Source: Paraphysomonas bandaiensis (Eukaryota > Protista > Chrysophyceae). From it: a stretch of DNA of 64,000 nucleotides. The position numbers were made by a program, and so were the translations under genes. Positions 25,305 through 40,100 of the stretch are shown piece by piece. The stretch lies in contig CBFFRP010000052.1 of NCBI GenBank assembly GCA_965644295.1, positions 1-64,000 on the forward strand, in the 5' to 3' direction. Every line of letters starts with the position of its first letter. Position 1 is the first letter of the stretch. A model generated the notes under the pieces. That model was not told the DNA's origin. It did not search any database and worked only from the letters and a program-made list of their open reading frames with translations.

Positions 25305-28300
25305 ATGGCCGGAGATGACTTCTCCGATATTCTTGATGTGATCAGGAGGATAGTTCTGTTTGTTCTCAACAGGACGACTGATGTGATATGTGCGTCTCTC
25401 TTTATCTTCAGCTGTGCAGCTGTTTGGAGATGGGGTGAAATCATTGAGCACTTTGACTGGTCTACATGGAAATCATGTGCTCTTGAATCTGCAGCTTTAA
25501 CGCTGCTGGATATATTCGTCGCTCCCTTCTTCATCCTCTCTTTGGTGTCTCCCTTACAGTGGAGAAATATTAAGAATGCTTTCGTCGAGTACCGTTCGGA
25601 GTAAGTGTATTTTCATTGTTTATAATTATTAACAGTATGTAGGAACGATATATCTAGTTGTTTTGAACTGCGACTTGATCTTGCGTCTATATGCTTTGAT
25701 TCCATACTAGACGTCGTTTCAATTAGTCTTCTAATTATTAGTGGTGTGGCTATATGGCGATGGACTGAAATTACTGCCTATCAGGGTGAGATATCATCAC
25801 AAAATAGTGAATGGCGTAAGAATGCCCTCTCTTCTTTATGCCTCACTCTTACTGACTTTGTGTTGGCTCCTTTTCTCTTGATGACGCTTTTGTCTCCTTT
25901 TCAATGGATTGCACTTATGAAAAAGTACAACGAGAATCGTAATGATTATGAGTGAGTAGTGCCATCTGTATTCTATGTTGTATTCTTCACGCATCGACCA
26001 TCATTCCTTCATTAACACTTTGCATGTCGCAGTGATGCATTCGATCTACGCAATGACCTGTGCGCATGTTTTTGCTATGCTATCTACGACTTCTGCGCTT
26101 TTGTTGCACTTATTATTCAACATGTGTTTCCTACGCGTGTTTGCTTTGTTTATGGAAACATCATTCATTTCCTCTCAACTGATAACGACAATTCCTTGAG
26201 AGTGGATACTATTATAATTAAGTCTTGTGGAAGTACATGTATTGATTTCGTTTACTTGGTTCCGGGGATAGTAGCGACTGTGCTATGTCCGTCACTATGG
26301 CACAGTACTATTCAAGGTGCATGTTGCATACTAACTCCTCTACCATCTTCGAAATATGACTGGCGCGATTCCTTTCACAGACTGCGCCAACTTGTCGTTT
26401 CCCGAGTTTTATTTTTGTTTTTAGACCTGGCTGCTATTGTGATGGGCCTTATTGCGGTTATATCCCCCCTACGATCTGTATACTTCCGACGATGCATATG
26501 CGAGGATGGATTCACCGTGTTTGGATACCGTGGGTGCGCAGATACGAAGGAAATGAAAACTGCCCGTCCTTTCAAGACTGATGAACTTTCAGAACATCAG
26601 CAGGCATATGTCGACAGTTATTACAGCGTCTACAACTACAATGTCGCGCTGCGGGCAGATTGCTATAACTTCGGCGCCCTTGCAGTTATTGACATACTCA
26701 TGTACCCCCTCTTGATCCCTCTGATTTTGACATGGTACCGATTTGCACCTATCAAAGACAAGTTGTTTTGCCCTGCGCCACCATCAAGGCATGTTCATGA
26801 TGAATCCTTTTGTGATTCTGATAGCACCAAGACAAGTTTGAAAATGATAGACCCGTGTAATATGGCTATTTCGTTAGATGGCGTTCCGTCAACGGAGACA
26901 ACAACTGGCGACTCTACGGTGCACGTCACTCACGACGTATCGCCGACCCAGATGATGGAGGAAAGTGGAGATCTAAGGAATAAATCATACTCTACTTCAC
27001 CAGGTGAAAGTAAACTTTATCCTGCAGAGTATCTCAGTAAGGGGTGGGGATACGACGAGATCTATGCCATATTGCGACAGTTTGTTTTTTTGCTTATTGA
27101 TATTCTGTGCCTTCCTTGGGGCATTCTGCTGATGCTGACATTTGTCAGATGGCCACCTGTAAGAGAGGCCATGCGCAACGATGACTTATGTTCGCAGCTG
27201 TCTTTCGTTGTGTACTCAAAAATTGCCGAAGGGATCGGTCTACTACTGCTAGATATTTTATGCTTACCGTTTACTGTTGTGGTGATAGTCACACGATACC
27301 GATCAGATCATATACTGAAAATATGGGACCAGAGAGGAACGCCGAGTATGAATGTTTTTTTTCACTGCTCGGTACTAACAAACTTCTGTGTAATTTTGCA
27401 TGATATTGTGTTTCTGCCAATTTTGAGCATCTTCGTGCTAGTGTCTGGTACTCGATCACACACCGTTTTTTATATACTTCAGCAATTACGTACACCACCA
27501 AGTGGTGCCAATGGGGCCGAGGAGCATTTAGATTCAGAAGATTATATAACAAGACTGCGGACTTATATTCGCATGAACTGGAGGAAAGAAATGTGGTTGG
27601 CTTTTCTGAATGCTCTTATCGACATACCTTTTGTGGCTATCTCTATATTCATACTCTGCACGGTATGGAGGAGTAAAACACTAGTGCATGAAGTTATGAA
27701 AGAGCATGATCGCAATTGCTACAATAAATACAATAGGATACGTATAGCTGTGTTGTACCAGTTATTGTATTTGTTTCGTGATGCCTTATTTGTAATCCCG
27801 TTCACAATTGTCGTGGCTACGTTCTATCGCCTTCCGGCGCTGATATCAGGGATATTATCTACCTGCCACTCGTTCTCACGTGATGACCCTGTTTTCTTTA
27901 CAACAAATGTAGAATTCACTTGTCAAGAACGGGGTGGGGTGTTCATCCGAATTACATGTCGTAGAAATCTTTCGAATTGTGATGATATTGAGCGCACAGA
28001 AGACGAGGATGTCACCTTATATGAATCCAACTCTACAGCGAAGCTCTTTATCGATGGAAGTTCGTTTTGGGAATGTGCCGCAGATACTTTTGGAAGAAAC
28101 ACTGCTAATATCGGCCGAGGCTTCCTGCCTTTGAAATTTGTAAATGGCAAATCCATTAACCTGCCGGAAAAGAAAGTGGCTTTATCAGGTGTGTTCAATT
28201 CATCGCGACAAATGACTTTTCAGTGTGGTTCTTGCAAGTTTGTGTATATATTCTGACATACGGCTTAAGCACCATTCTACATAAACTCACTGGCTGTGCT

Positions 28301-31300
28301 GTACAGGGGAGGTCGGTTTGCAGGACAATGAACTATGTGGCGGGTTGAAAGGCACAGAAAGTTCTGAAGAGTTTGAAATGTGGCTCCAGCTTGACTTTGG
28401 GACGACAAAGCGTTCTACTATCGAGAAAAAGCTTCGTCTGCTCCAACAGGTGGTACACATGGTTTACTTAATGTGTTTTCAGTTTGTTATACATGTTGAA
28501 TTTTGAGTGTGGCCATTGATATACCTCTTATGGATCGTTTTTATTTTCTATATTGCCCATAAGTATATATTACACCTCCACTTGTAGTTGCGATATTTTG
28601 TGTTACCGATGTGTGCAGTCTACCCAGCTGCTAATTCAAATAGAGGCTTCCCCTTCTCCCACTGCAAGGAATCAGTCTTCTGTTGTCCTTACTCTGATTC
28701 CTTCAGTGAGCGACCTACTTCAGGTTTTTTCTGCAGGTGGACCGCACTTACTTGCAGCCCGTGCCTATGACAGTGATGCATCTTTGAGACGATCTATTGT
28801 ATCAGACATAGAGTTGCATACAACTACCGGAGGTGTTGTCGATCAGTTTTGGATTCATACTGGATTGGCATTTGTGGAGATCCTACTCGATTTTATTCAT
28901 CTGCTTCTCTTGTTTTTTACTTTTGTTATCCCGTGGAGAGGGATAGAGCTGCTGGTGTGGCTCAATGAATCTCCTCTGCATAGTACCCTCCGAGAGGCAA
29001 GATCTTGTTGCAAAATGCTTGTTGACATATCATCGTGCTTGCATAACTACCATGCGGATGTAATTCCCCTGATGAATTCTCTGGTCAAGAAGTTGGTGGG
29101 AGCATCTGAATCGCAAGATTCCATGCTCGGAGAGCGTCCACGGGAAATTTTTCACTACAAAGAGGGTGTAATTCGTGGGCGTCTACATCGATTGGAGCGG
29201 GCTACGCTGCACCCTTATTTGAATGGATCGAAAACAGTACTTCGGAGACTAGAGAAGAGTGGTGATTCGTTGTCCACACTTCGAGGACATATTGCTTCAA
29301 TTTTAGACGTTCAAAAATCCAGGTTAATGTATCGATTTGTCCGCACTACTGCTGCACTCCACTTTGCAAATTCGAATTATTTAATTGATCCAACTGTAGA
29401 GGACGACTGCGGTCTGTTAGACCAAATACTGATGTATTTTGATGACTGTGCGATTCGATCGGAGCGTGACATTTTTACACGTATCGATAATTATATAAGT
29501 ACATTAGTGAAAGACGTAAGGGAACAAACACCATTAATGAAATGGAAGAAAAGATTTTTCGGATTTGTGTTTAAATCGAGTTCAGAATCTCGAAGAATAA
29601 TTCGACATGTGGCCTACTCAGCGCTCAAAGATTTGTTTGGCCTTTGTATGGTTCTTTTAATATTACTCACCGTCGTCAGGGCACTTCCACTATTTCTTGA
29701 CTTATACCGCAACAAGGTAAGCTTTTAGGCATATATTCGTAAATGGAGATGTACTTTAATTTAAACACGAATTGTTCTATACTCTGTTCAACTCGAATGG
29801 TCCATTTGTACATTGGTGTAAGAACGACGTACATGACTATGTGCAATAGGTTTGGAAGAATCACTATACTAAGCGGAGAATACTATTGAGCCATGTGCGT
29901 GGTACCTACGAAGATATTCGTGCTGGAATTGTATTCGCGCTTCATGTACTCTTCGTGCTCATCCTTGTAGTGGGTGTACCATCGTTTGTTGAGGAGCTTC
30001 CTCAACGAATGAGGACACTGGAAGAGGGTACACAGTGTGCGAAAGAGCACATTCGGCGCACCTTCACTTACTTTGCAGAAGTTTTGACTTTAGTCTTCTC
30101 CTGGAAAACTTATCGTGTCGCCTTGCGTGCGTCGCTGTACTGTGCACTAGTTCCCCCTGCGTGTATTGCAGAAGCAATTCCAAAACAGAATCTGTCAGCT
30201 ACTCAAAGGTTTTGGATAGGATTTGTGTCCTTCACAGGTCTTGTTTTCGGAGCTCTGTATGTATCTCTTGGTGTAACGGATGACCCAGCCGATGAAGCTA
30301 TCGTGCGGGAATCATTCGTATATTTATGCACTGCCCTAGGGATTGTTGTAGCTTTAGCTGCAGTATCGTCATCGTTTAGACAAGAGTACCTTGTGCCAGT
30401 TACTGGTGCATCAGGAAGTATCTCGCTAGAGTACAGCATGTCTTGGTCGCACGTACTGGCCATTTTATGTGGACCTCTTGAGTGCGTACAACTTGCCTCT
30501 GTAGTATTGTATTTTTATTGGCCAAACGGGGAGTTGAATGACGAAATGATAAGCTTCCCTTCATTTTTTACTTTTGGATATGCAACCGATATTGGAGAGT
30601 CTTATGGGTACAATATAGCACTTGGATTAGCTTCATGCTGTGTGTTGCTTTGGTGTGTTGTTGTTTCTCTTCCTCTTGTATACCATGAAGATATACACAC
30701 TCTGTATCATCTGCAGAGCTCTGAAATATTTGATTTTGTGTATGTTATGATGTCGCGATTAATATATGTGTCTGTGCTTGCAACACTTATGCGCCCACTC
30801 AGTTGTGTATCTGACAACAACACGCTGGTGATATCAACTGCGAGGCACATCGAATGTGGGCGCCAAGATGGGGTGGCATGGAGTAGTGTTGCATCGCTCG
30901 TATTGTTGGTGTACTTTGTAGTCACATCAACTGTACTGCACAGTGATGCTCCAGAAATGATGGAATCGGATACCAGTGAGTTCAAGGTTAAGGGAGTACG
31001 GTTTGCGCCTTTGTATGCCATTGTGTTGCGACTGGGCCAACTAGCAATATGTACAGCTTGCTTTGCGTCCGCATCAGTTACTGAAAGGGGTCCTACTCTC
31101 GTTGTAGTAATGTGTTTATCTCTTTCTCTAGTGCTATGGTCTGGGTATTTTTCAGGCAGGGCGTGCAGTCTTCCAGCTGTGCCGTATATTCGCTCGGGGG
31201 GATTCCTTGTTTTGTTTTGGTGTACACTACTTTGTTACCTACGTGGCCATGCACATTCATACACGTGGGCTACGGATAAGATCCTGTGTATTGGGACAGC

Positions 31301-31997
31301 GGTGATCCTGTGTTTGGCAGTGATATGGGGAGTGGTTGCCAGTTACAGAGCAAGGGTGCAGTGGAAGAATGGCATGATTAGGGAAGGGCTCGGCGAAGCC
31401 ATTGCTTCTTTGGATGCGTGTGCATCTGAGGCCATGGATGAGAGAGCGGTAGGGGGATCTTACGCCGGGTCAAAGGCACGAGTGACGACTTTTTTGAAGC
31501 AAGCCGAGGATTCATGCAGCGTCAGTCACCTTGCTCGTCTGCTCATTGCTTTCGAAGAGAAAGTACTAGTGGAGAGACAAACCCTTGAGTTCCATATTTC
31601 ACGCAATGAATGGCGCCAAGCACTGCTTCGTGATACATTGGGACCTTTTGAGTCCTCCTGCAGAGGACTCATTCGAGGTGCAGATGTGCTGCGGGGAGCC
31701 ATAAAACCGAAATCTCCTGTTGGTAGTTTGAATCGCACTGTGGTTGCACTCCTCTTTCGCAACAAACTACCGGAGTTTGTTGCGTGGGAAGTGTTTAGCT
31801 ATCTGTATGACATAGAACCTATCGTTAATATTATTGCTGATGTACTAGATGGCGAGTGTCGTAGGTTCGAAATATACCGAGAGAACTCGCTTTCATATAC
31901 GGATTGCATGTATAGTCAAGCTCGAACTCGTATAACTCCTGCAATATATGTGGCAGTGGAAAGTAGGAGGGAGGCTGCGGTAGAAGATAGGCGATAA
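25305..31997 (+). CDS. Large (about 1900-2000 aa) uncharacterised polytopic membrane protein with about 15 D-x(15-17)-R hydrophobic repeats and a C-terminal multi-TM bundle; multi-exon
   Basis: Same-strand ORFs of 115, 69, 710, 62, 391 and 703 aa are separated by short GT-AG introns. Repeated motif examples are IDILMYPLLIPLILTWYR, IDILCLPWGILLMLTFVR and IDIPFVAISIFILCTVWR. Confidence 0.8.
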
Positions 31998-32777
31998 GAA
32001 AACGAAGAAAGGTGTTGCTCCTGGGGTATGCTCGTCGTTGCTAGCCTGTAGAACTTGATACCGTGTAGATTGTGCCAATTATTTTTTTAGTGGAGCGACA
32101 CATGTACATTCTGGGTGGCTTGTTGGGAATTTCCGGCTGGACCGAAAATATATTGCGGTTATGTACGATTTACACGCACTGATTTCAACATGTGATCGTA
32201 CAATCGCAGGTATTATTCGTAATAGAAGGTCACACACACCACTTAATTCATAGTCTGTGATGCATGCAACAGTAAAACCTTTATTCACATGTTCTACACT
32301 CCCATTTATAATAATTCAAAATGTTTTACAATATCCAAGCACATTTCTGTATAATTGTGGATCCATTATACTGAAGAAATTGACTTAAAATGGTAAACAC
32401 GATAGATGATTAAAAAAACTGAAATAGAAAAGTGCATGCTTACTAAATTAGTGATTATTTTTACCTTTATAGCTAAAATTCATTTGGTAATAGTGACTAT
32501 TTATTTCAACTTTGACGTTGTATTCTCTACTCATAAGAATTAAATTGAATTCGTGAAGGATATATAGAGAGTAGTACACTATATCAGGCTTGCGTAACTA
32601 TTAATTGGTTTTCAATTGTATTGGCTATAATTGCCAATTAAATTAATTGGATTGCCTATAATTGGATGCTTGATCCCCGACAGTAGAACCCAGAGTACGA
32701 TACTAGTATTATGCATCGTACTACACCCCAAATGGGTACATCATAATAAAGCAGCAATTCATACTTAAGGTAGGGAA

Positions 32778-33252
32778 TGTCTGATTATTTGCAATAGGCG
32801 TTATGTAAGATTCAAAATTAATGTAGCAAAACAATTTAACCAACTAATTCTTAACTCTGATATCCTACTATTTTGCGCTACGAAAGCTGCTTGTGCATCA
32901 CCGCAAGCACCAAGGTGCAACCACTTTTCCTCTCTGTCCTTAAGGTGAGCTTGGTCTGATGCTTGACGTCAGTAGGCAGCCCAATATCCCGGATACCGTT
33001 GAAGTGGGCCCAGTCCCGGATGATGCTTGACTTCAGCATGCAGCACAATACCCCGGGTTCCCTTGAAAGGGCCATTCTCGGATGCCTGTTTATTCGTCAA
33101 GGCCCATAGACGTCTACACAAGTGTTAGTGTCCCTTGTACCACACAGAACAATATCTGCTCACTATATATGCGGCGTTTCTCAAAGAAATATCTCCGATA
33201 CTTCTCCCAGAACACCACGAAAAGGTGCGAGTCCAACTTACTTTGTTGAGGG
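32778..33252 (-). mobile_element. Dispersed repeat family A, near full-length copy
   Basis: Reverse complement of 22597-23105 with an internal duplication of the GATGCTTGAC.TCAG unit. Confidence 0.75.
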
Positions 33253-33611
33253 CGTATTTAAGGTTCAGACCACACTTTTAAAGTATAAGGTACACACAAA
33301 TTGTCGAACAACCGTTGAAGTACTCAAACTGTCAACGCAAGAGAATATGTAGATTACTCTAAATAAAGGTTACAAGGGTATAAATCCAATAAAGGAATTT
33401 AATCTTGTTAAGTAATCAAAAGAGATTCAGAGGTCAAAGGGGTTCGCCTAAAGGGACACAGGACCGCTACTTGACTTATTTAGTACTCATTACAAGTTAC
33501 TAATGTAGATTTCTGCTGTATGATACCATACGATATGTATTGTGCAATTAAGTGACTTCGTATAGTGTGAAATAGTTTAAACCAGCCAGTAGTTGTAACA
33601 GGTAAATATAG

Positions 33612-33735
33612 ATACAAAGGAAGTAAATTCCGTCATTGATGTATAGCAACATAAAGTATCGGATTGACTGGTGAACAACATAAGACAAACAGGTGTTTAT
33701 GAGAATAGATGTTCACCAGATGTTGCATGAATATT
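33612..33735 (+). repeat. Repeat family D, copy 1
   Basis: TACAAAGGAAGTAAATTC...TGACTGGTGAACA...AGATGTT.ACCA.ATGTT.CATGAATAT is shared with 40847-40965. Confidence 0.7.
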
Positions 33736-34103
33736 TGGTGAAGTGTTCAGATATTTTCTTGAAAACACGTTTGGTGAAGTTTCAGGTTTGCATGTAGAGT
33801 GTTGAGTTTTACTTATTTGTATGCGATTAAAAGCTATACTCCAAGGCATTCGAATTACGACCATTACTTTAAGAGTACAGTCGTTGAACACTATAGAACA
33901 TGATGCATTTTATGATCTTCATAAGAGCACTAAGTATACAATACTACCCACTGATTAGATCTTTAATGCATTGGCAGCAAGTTAAAGGTAATCCTAATAC
34001 AAAAACATTCATCGTCACTTGTTCACAAGTCAAAGTACGGTTGAGTATATTATTAACAGCGCAATATATATTAACATACAGTCACTTCAGGTACTTTGCA
34101 GTG

Positions 34104-36176
34104 TCACAAACGGTTAATAACTGATGGGTCAGTAGGGCTCTTATAACTACTCACAACATAAAGATCTCCATAATTGGTAGATGATAGAGGAAGCTTAACG
34201 GCTTTCTCCAGCATATGGGCTTCTGTCTTGGGCCGTTCACGGCCTCCCAATTTTCTGGAATGATTGGGAGACATTATATGTTTGCTGTACGGAACAGGAG
34301 TACAGTCTGGGTTCCCATCTAATACTGCTGGTACAGTTTTGAGAGCCCTTGGTGGCTTGCGACTGCCCACAACCACTTGGCCTAGATGACGAGGAGAGAT
34401 TTGTTTTCTCGTTTTCAAGGAATTTCTCCGCTTACTTGACCCAGAGCTGCACGACAATGAGTCAGCAATGGAATCAAATGTCTTGTCATGTGCTGCCAAA
34501 TCCAGTAGTTCCTCGTCTGTGAGAACTTTATCCGGCTGTACAGATTGCAAATTTCCACTCGCTGCCAGTTCCGTTTTAATGGCATTCATGAAATACGCTG
34601 TCGGCGGAGAGCATGGACGGCTATCGCTAATTTCCATGCTGCATACACTCTGATGCTGGCCCTGCCCTATTAGCACACCTGGGGAACTTGACCTCTCTGA
34701 GTTTGTTGGAGCAGTACTGACAACCTTGTGCCATATATCCTTCGCTTTCGAAGGGCTAGTTGAAGTAAAGCTTCGAACAAACGGCAAATCAGTCTTTACA
34801 GGTCGGAATCCGGCTGCCCTGGACACCACTGGATATTGCCCCGGGGTGGCCACAGTAAAAGGGTCACAAGAGTGTTTCGTTGATCCCAGGGCACCTAAGC
34901 CGCGTTTTTTTGGAGAATTGGAACGGGGGCAAGATTGGGTTATTTTTTTGAACCGGGAAACGTCGTCCATGGACACAGAGCCGGGGCGCTCACTTCCGTC
35001 GCACTCGAATACACTAGCATTGAACTGAAATACTCCGGTTTCGCCAGTTCTCCCCATGTTAATCTCCGTTAACTCGGAGTTCGGCAGTACGCCAGACATA
35101 TTAGCCACAGACTTGTTAGAACGTTGCAAGGGAAGAGTGTCACCAATATAGGCAAGAACAGCATCAACAGTCATGGAACAGCCTTTGAATCTCTCAATAA
35201 AACATTCAATGGTGTGATCATCAATAACTCGCATAATATCTCGTATCTGAGGATCATTTTTCTCTTTTAAGCGTTCGAAGAGTTTCTGCATATACACAGT
35301 TAGAATTAACCGTTATTAAACTACCACCTATGCAACTACAAACTCGCAATCGAGTATGAGCACAGCTATGCCTTCCACTCACCTGACGGAAGGCGTTAAC
35401 CTTCCTCCTATACTGAATTTCCTTGCGTCGAGAGCTGGAGTATTCCTCATTATGCTCCCTCACCGTATCACGAAGGCTTTTCACTTGGGCGATATTTTTC
35501 TTTATCATTTCCCTGTGCACACAACTAGTGAGTATTCCACATACTAATAAAAATAAAATTGTGCACACATGCATCGGCATTTGTTACTCGGATGGCAATA
35601 CAGAATCATACAGTTCATTTACGTTTTGCTTTGTGCGACTGTCTCGCGGTGAGAGGTTAGGTTGGCGTCTTTTTCAGCTTTTAATGTTCCCAAAGAATCT
35701 GCACGCGGGACATGTACCTCCACTGCAGGTACAGTCTTCGTGCCAAAGCGATACTCAGATGTGCCTTTACCTAACTTTTTACAGCGCTCAATTTCCTTTC
35801 GTCTCTTACTATTAACCTCAGGCTCGAGAAGATAAGCGGGGGTGCTTACAACGCCCAGTGAAACAGGCTTAAACTTATGTCTTTGCAAGTTTCCGTCCGC
35901 TCTTGCCTTCATGACTGCGCGGGGCACATGATTAGCGTTCATAGTCTCATTACTGCTTGAAACGGAATACTCTCCTTTCAACACAGCAGTGGCAATTCTT
36001 TCCTTCTGAGCAGCGCTTAATCCTCTTTCATCGAAAGAACTCTTCAAGGCCTCTCTGACAGCTCCGTCAAACACATCACTAGCAGCTCGCTCTGATGTCG
36101 GCCGATCTCTCAGTTTATTTCTGGACTCTTTCCTGAGAATGTCTTTCACAATGAACTGCGGCAAACTCTCTTCCAT
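34104..36176 (-). CDS. Hypothetical protein (about 600 aa, low complexity, short coiled coil), 3 exons
   Basis: ORFs of 208, 108 and 397 aa are joined by GT-AG introns from an ATG at 36176 (MEESLPQFIV). No recognisable domain. Confidence 0.65.
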
Positions 36177-37137
36177 GGCGACTCCTCTCACTCTGTGTGT
36201 GTGTTGATATATATATACGGGGGACTGACAGACACAGCAGATCACTGCATACGAGCCGACTGTCTGAAAGGTTCAGCTGTACGCTGATGGGCGACGGCTG
36301 GTATTTATAGTTTGGAGAGTGACTGAACTGTGAGGATAAGGTGAGGTGAGGTGAGGTGACAGACTGGACCTGGAGCGGAGTGGAGTGCAGTGGACCTCGA
36401 CATGTGCTGTATGTATGTATGTATGTACTATGATGCTCTGTTGGGACTGCTGTGATATAACTGCACTGTGTATAGAACTACAGGGAGTATACCGCTGTAT
36501 ATGGACTAGTTCCCACACGTATAGCAGATGTACAGCACTTCCGGTTCGTTACGACTCTCAGGTCAGGTGTGTACCATACGTACATACGTATACATATATA
36601 CGTACTCGGTAGTGTCACATGTTCCAGAGGTGTGGAAACTTCGATATCAGCATATTGTATTCTACACAGTATATATGATGTATTTTGACCAAATTTTGGT
36701 GAACGTATCGGCAGTCAGCATGTTATTTTTCGGAAATAAATTGAAGCATATATTCTCTATATTACTGCAATACAACTACGGCAGAAATTCAGATAATTGT
36801 TATCTCAATATTAGAGGCATCTTGGAACAAAAATATACAAAGGAGGCCGATAGACCTGCGCATACACCATACCATACTACATCATCACTGTACACCGCTA
36901 TACGCACTGCAGGAGTTCGTGTATATACGATATACTGTACTGCACTGCACTGCACTGCACCTGTAGAGGTCAGAGGAGTGTAACAGAACTCCATGTGAAG
37001 GGCCTCGATACACACATATGCTGTACACAAGCCACCCGATACCTGACTATCCCACCAGATGATCTGGTCTGGTTCTGCTCACTGCTCCTTACGCGTTGGT
37101 TCATAGTCTCCTCTGACGCTCTCATCAGTTGATAAGC

Positions 37138-40100
37138 ATGTTTTTCAGTCGCATTAACGCGGCTGTTAAATTCAGCGCCGAGCAAGATAAAGCTGAGAAT
37201 GAAGTCGACAAAAAGGAAAAGAAGGATCAGTTCACTGCCTCTATTATGAAGGAGGTGAAAGAGAAGGAGCGGATGTTGAAGCATATCAGGGTATGGCCGT
37301 TATACTATTGCACGAAGTTTGATGATTTGACGTTAACAGAATTTGGATCCGACTAACCGCCCTTTTCCTATCAAGCAATATATCATGCTGTGTCGCCGTG
37401 CTGAAGACATTGTACAGACTGAAACTTTTAATAACGCCATATTTATTTGTATATTGATGGCCGGAATATTGGTGGGGGCACAAACTTATCCAAGCATGGA
37501 GAACAATACCATCATTAATGTGCTGGACAAACTTATATTAGCCGCCTTCTCGGTGGAAATACTGCTGAAAGTTATGAGTGAAGGCATGAATGCCATCAAT
37601 TACTGGACTGGTCAAGAATGGCATTGGAATAATTTTGATTTTCTAATTGTAGTTTTCTCGATGCCCTTTATACCTGTAGGAAATGGCCAAGTTGCATTCC
37701 TTCGTTTGATTCGTCTGATGCGACTAGCGAAGGTATTCCGCAAAGTTCCCCAGTTACGAATGATCATGACTGGTCTCATGGGAGGTCTCAAGTCAATCGT
37801 ATACATCGTAATTCTTCTGTTATTGGTGTTTTATCTATATGCTATTGCTGGCATTTTCTTTTTTCGCAAGAATGATCCCTGGCATTTCCGTTCTTTGGCA
37901 ATTAGTTTAACGTCCCTCTTTCGATTGTCCACTTTATCGGTAAGTGCTTTCGGTAAATGTGTTGCCAAAAACTTGATAAGAATATCTAATCAATAATTGT
38001 GCAGAACTGGGCGGGCATGTTTTACATCAACTACTATGGATGTGCACACTACTCCGATGGTTTGTATGTGTACTCAGAGGACGAAGTGGAGTCTGATCAG
38101 CTAGGTGCGCCTTTACTCTGTGACAATAAGGCCAGACCCGCTTTGACCATGGTCTACTTTGTGTCGTTCATATTTATTTGTTCATTCAGTATGCTTTCGC
38201 TCTTTGTCGGTGCGATTACTGTGAGCATGTCTGAGAGCATGAACACCATGAAGGAAGAAAAGCAGAAACTAAAGAAGCTTCTTCGACTTAAACAAGCAGA
38301 ACGCACTCTCGATGATAAAACGAACAAAGATAAGCGCGGTCGCCGTTCGTGGGCTCTGGTCGAGATGGCATTCAGCCATGGAAAAGTTGAAATCATATCG
38401 GAAGATAATTCACAGGATCACAAAATAATTCAGTTTTATAAGTGGCTTTCAAGGAAATGTGAAAAACTTGCAGATACAGCTATGTTTCAAAATTTCATAA
38501 CTTTTGTAATTGTCATGGCTGGAGTTCAAGTGGGCCTTAGCACAGATAATGCTATCGAGAACGCGATACACCATGAACTCGTTATTCTCGACACGATTAT
38601 TCGGTATATATTTACGATTGAAGTTGCTGTTAAGCTCATTGCAGAAGAACTTACCCCATGGGTCTATTTCAACAACAATTGGAATACCTTTGACTTTATT
38701 GTAGTTGTGGGATCATATGTATCTGGTGGTGGATCGATCATCGTCATGCTTCGCTTATTGCGTCTTCTACGTGTGTTGAAGCTGATGCGTATGCTTCCTC
38801 AACTTCAAGTTATAGTATCGGCATTGATGTCCGGGTTCAGCTCCATCACATTTATATCAGTAATTCTCCTACTGTTTTTCTACTTCTTTGGAATAATCGC
38901 AATGATTTTATTCTCGCAGAACGATCCATGGCACTTTGGTACCCTTCATATGACAATGATTACCCTGTTTCAGTGCTCAACATTGGACAACTGGACGGAT
39001 ATCCTTTACATAAACTTATATGGATGCGATGTTATTGGATACGATGACTTCTCCCATTTATGCGAAAATCCCAATCCAATGTTTCTCATTACTTCTTTGT
39101 ATTTTGTTGTATTCATTTTGATGGGAGCCTTAGTGCTGCTGACACTATTCATCGGTGTGGTCGCCACAAGCATGGAGGAAGCCACTGAAGATCAGAAACA
39201 GGCTGAGTCCGTTGATGGGCGAGTAGCGACAATAGCCGAAGAACATGATCTAGATGCGCATACAGTTTTGTTATATAGAGAAGTATTCAATGCCATCGAT
39301 CTGAATGGTGGAGGTGTGATAGATTCGAACGAATTAAGACTGGGTATGAAGGCAGCTGGGCGAAATGATGTCACTGATAAACAGTTTCAAAAACTATGGA
39401 GATCTGTTGACAAAGACGGTTCTGGTGGAATTGACTTTGCGGAGTTTTTGTCGTTTATGATGGCACTACGCAACACTCACGCTGAAAAAATAGAAGATAG
39501 ACTGCAGAATAATGAGGAAGATGTCAGTTCTAGAGTTGCAGCAAACACTAATATGATAGCTGAACAGCTCTACAACTGTGCAACCGGTATAGGGCCACTT
39601 GATACCTCTGTGAAGATGGTGGAGTTGTTAAAGCGAACTTCCACTGGTCGGCCAAGTTCAGCCCCTCGTATCTTGAACCGTGAATACTCATCAGAAAGTC
39701 CTCAGAACTCTTGTAAAATGCAGGGTGAACCTGTACAACCACGGCGCTCTATGTCATTACTTCGTGATAACAGTGCGCGTAAAATACATCCCGTAAATTC
39801 TTCTCCACCGCCTACAAGTACCTTCCCGGGGGAGGATTGTATTTCGTATTTTGACGAAGGTAAAGACATTTCGGACTGTCAAAGACCTTTGGGAAGGAGA
39901 TCATATGACTACATACCTGTGGGGGCTACAGGTAATTCTTCTACTTCACAGGATGAATTAACCCCGACACCTGGTGTACTTGACACAATGCCTGTGCCAG
40001 TTGATTCTGCAACCATGCAGGCTGCAGATGGAGTGGATGATAGTCACGTTTTGAACCCGAATCAAAATATATCGGATGAAATAGTCAAGCCGGCAGGAGC

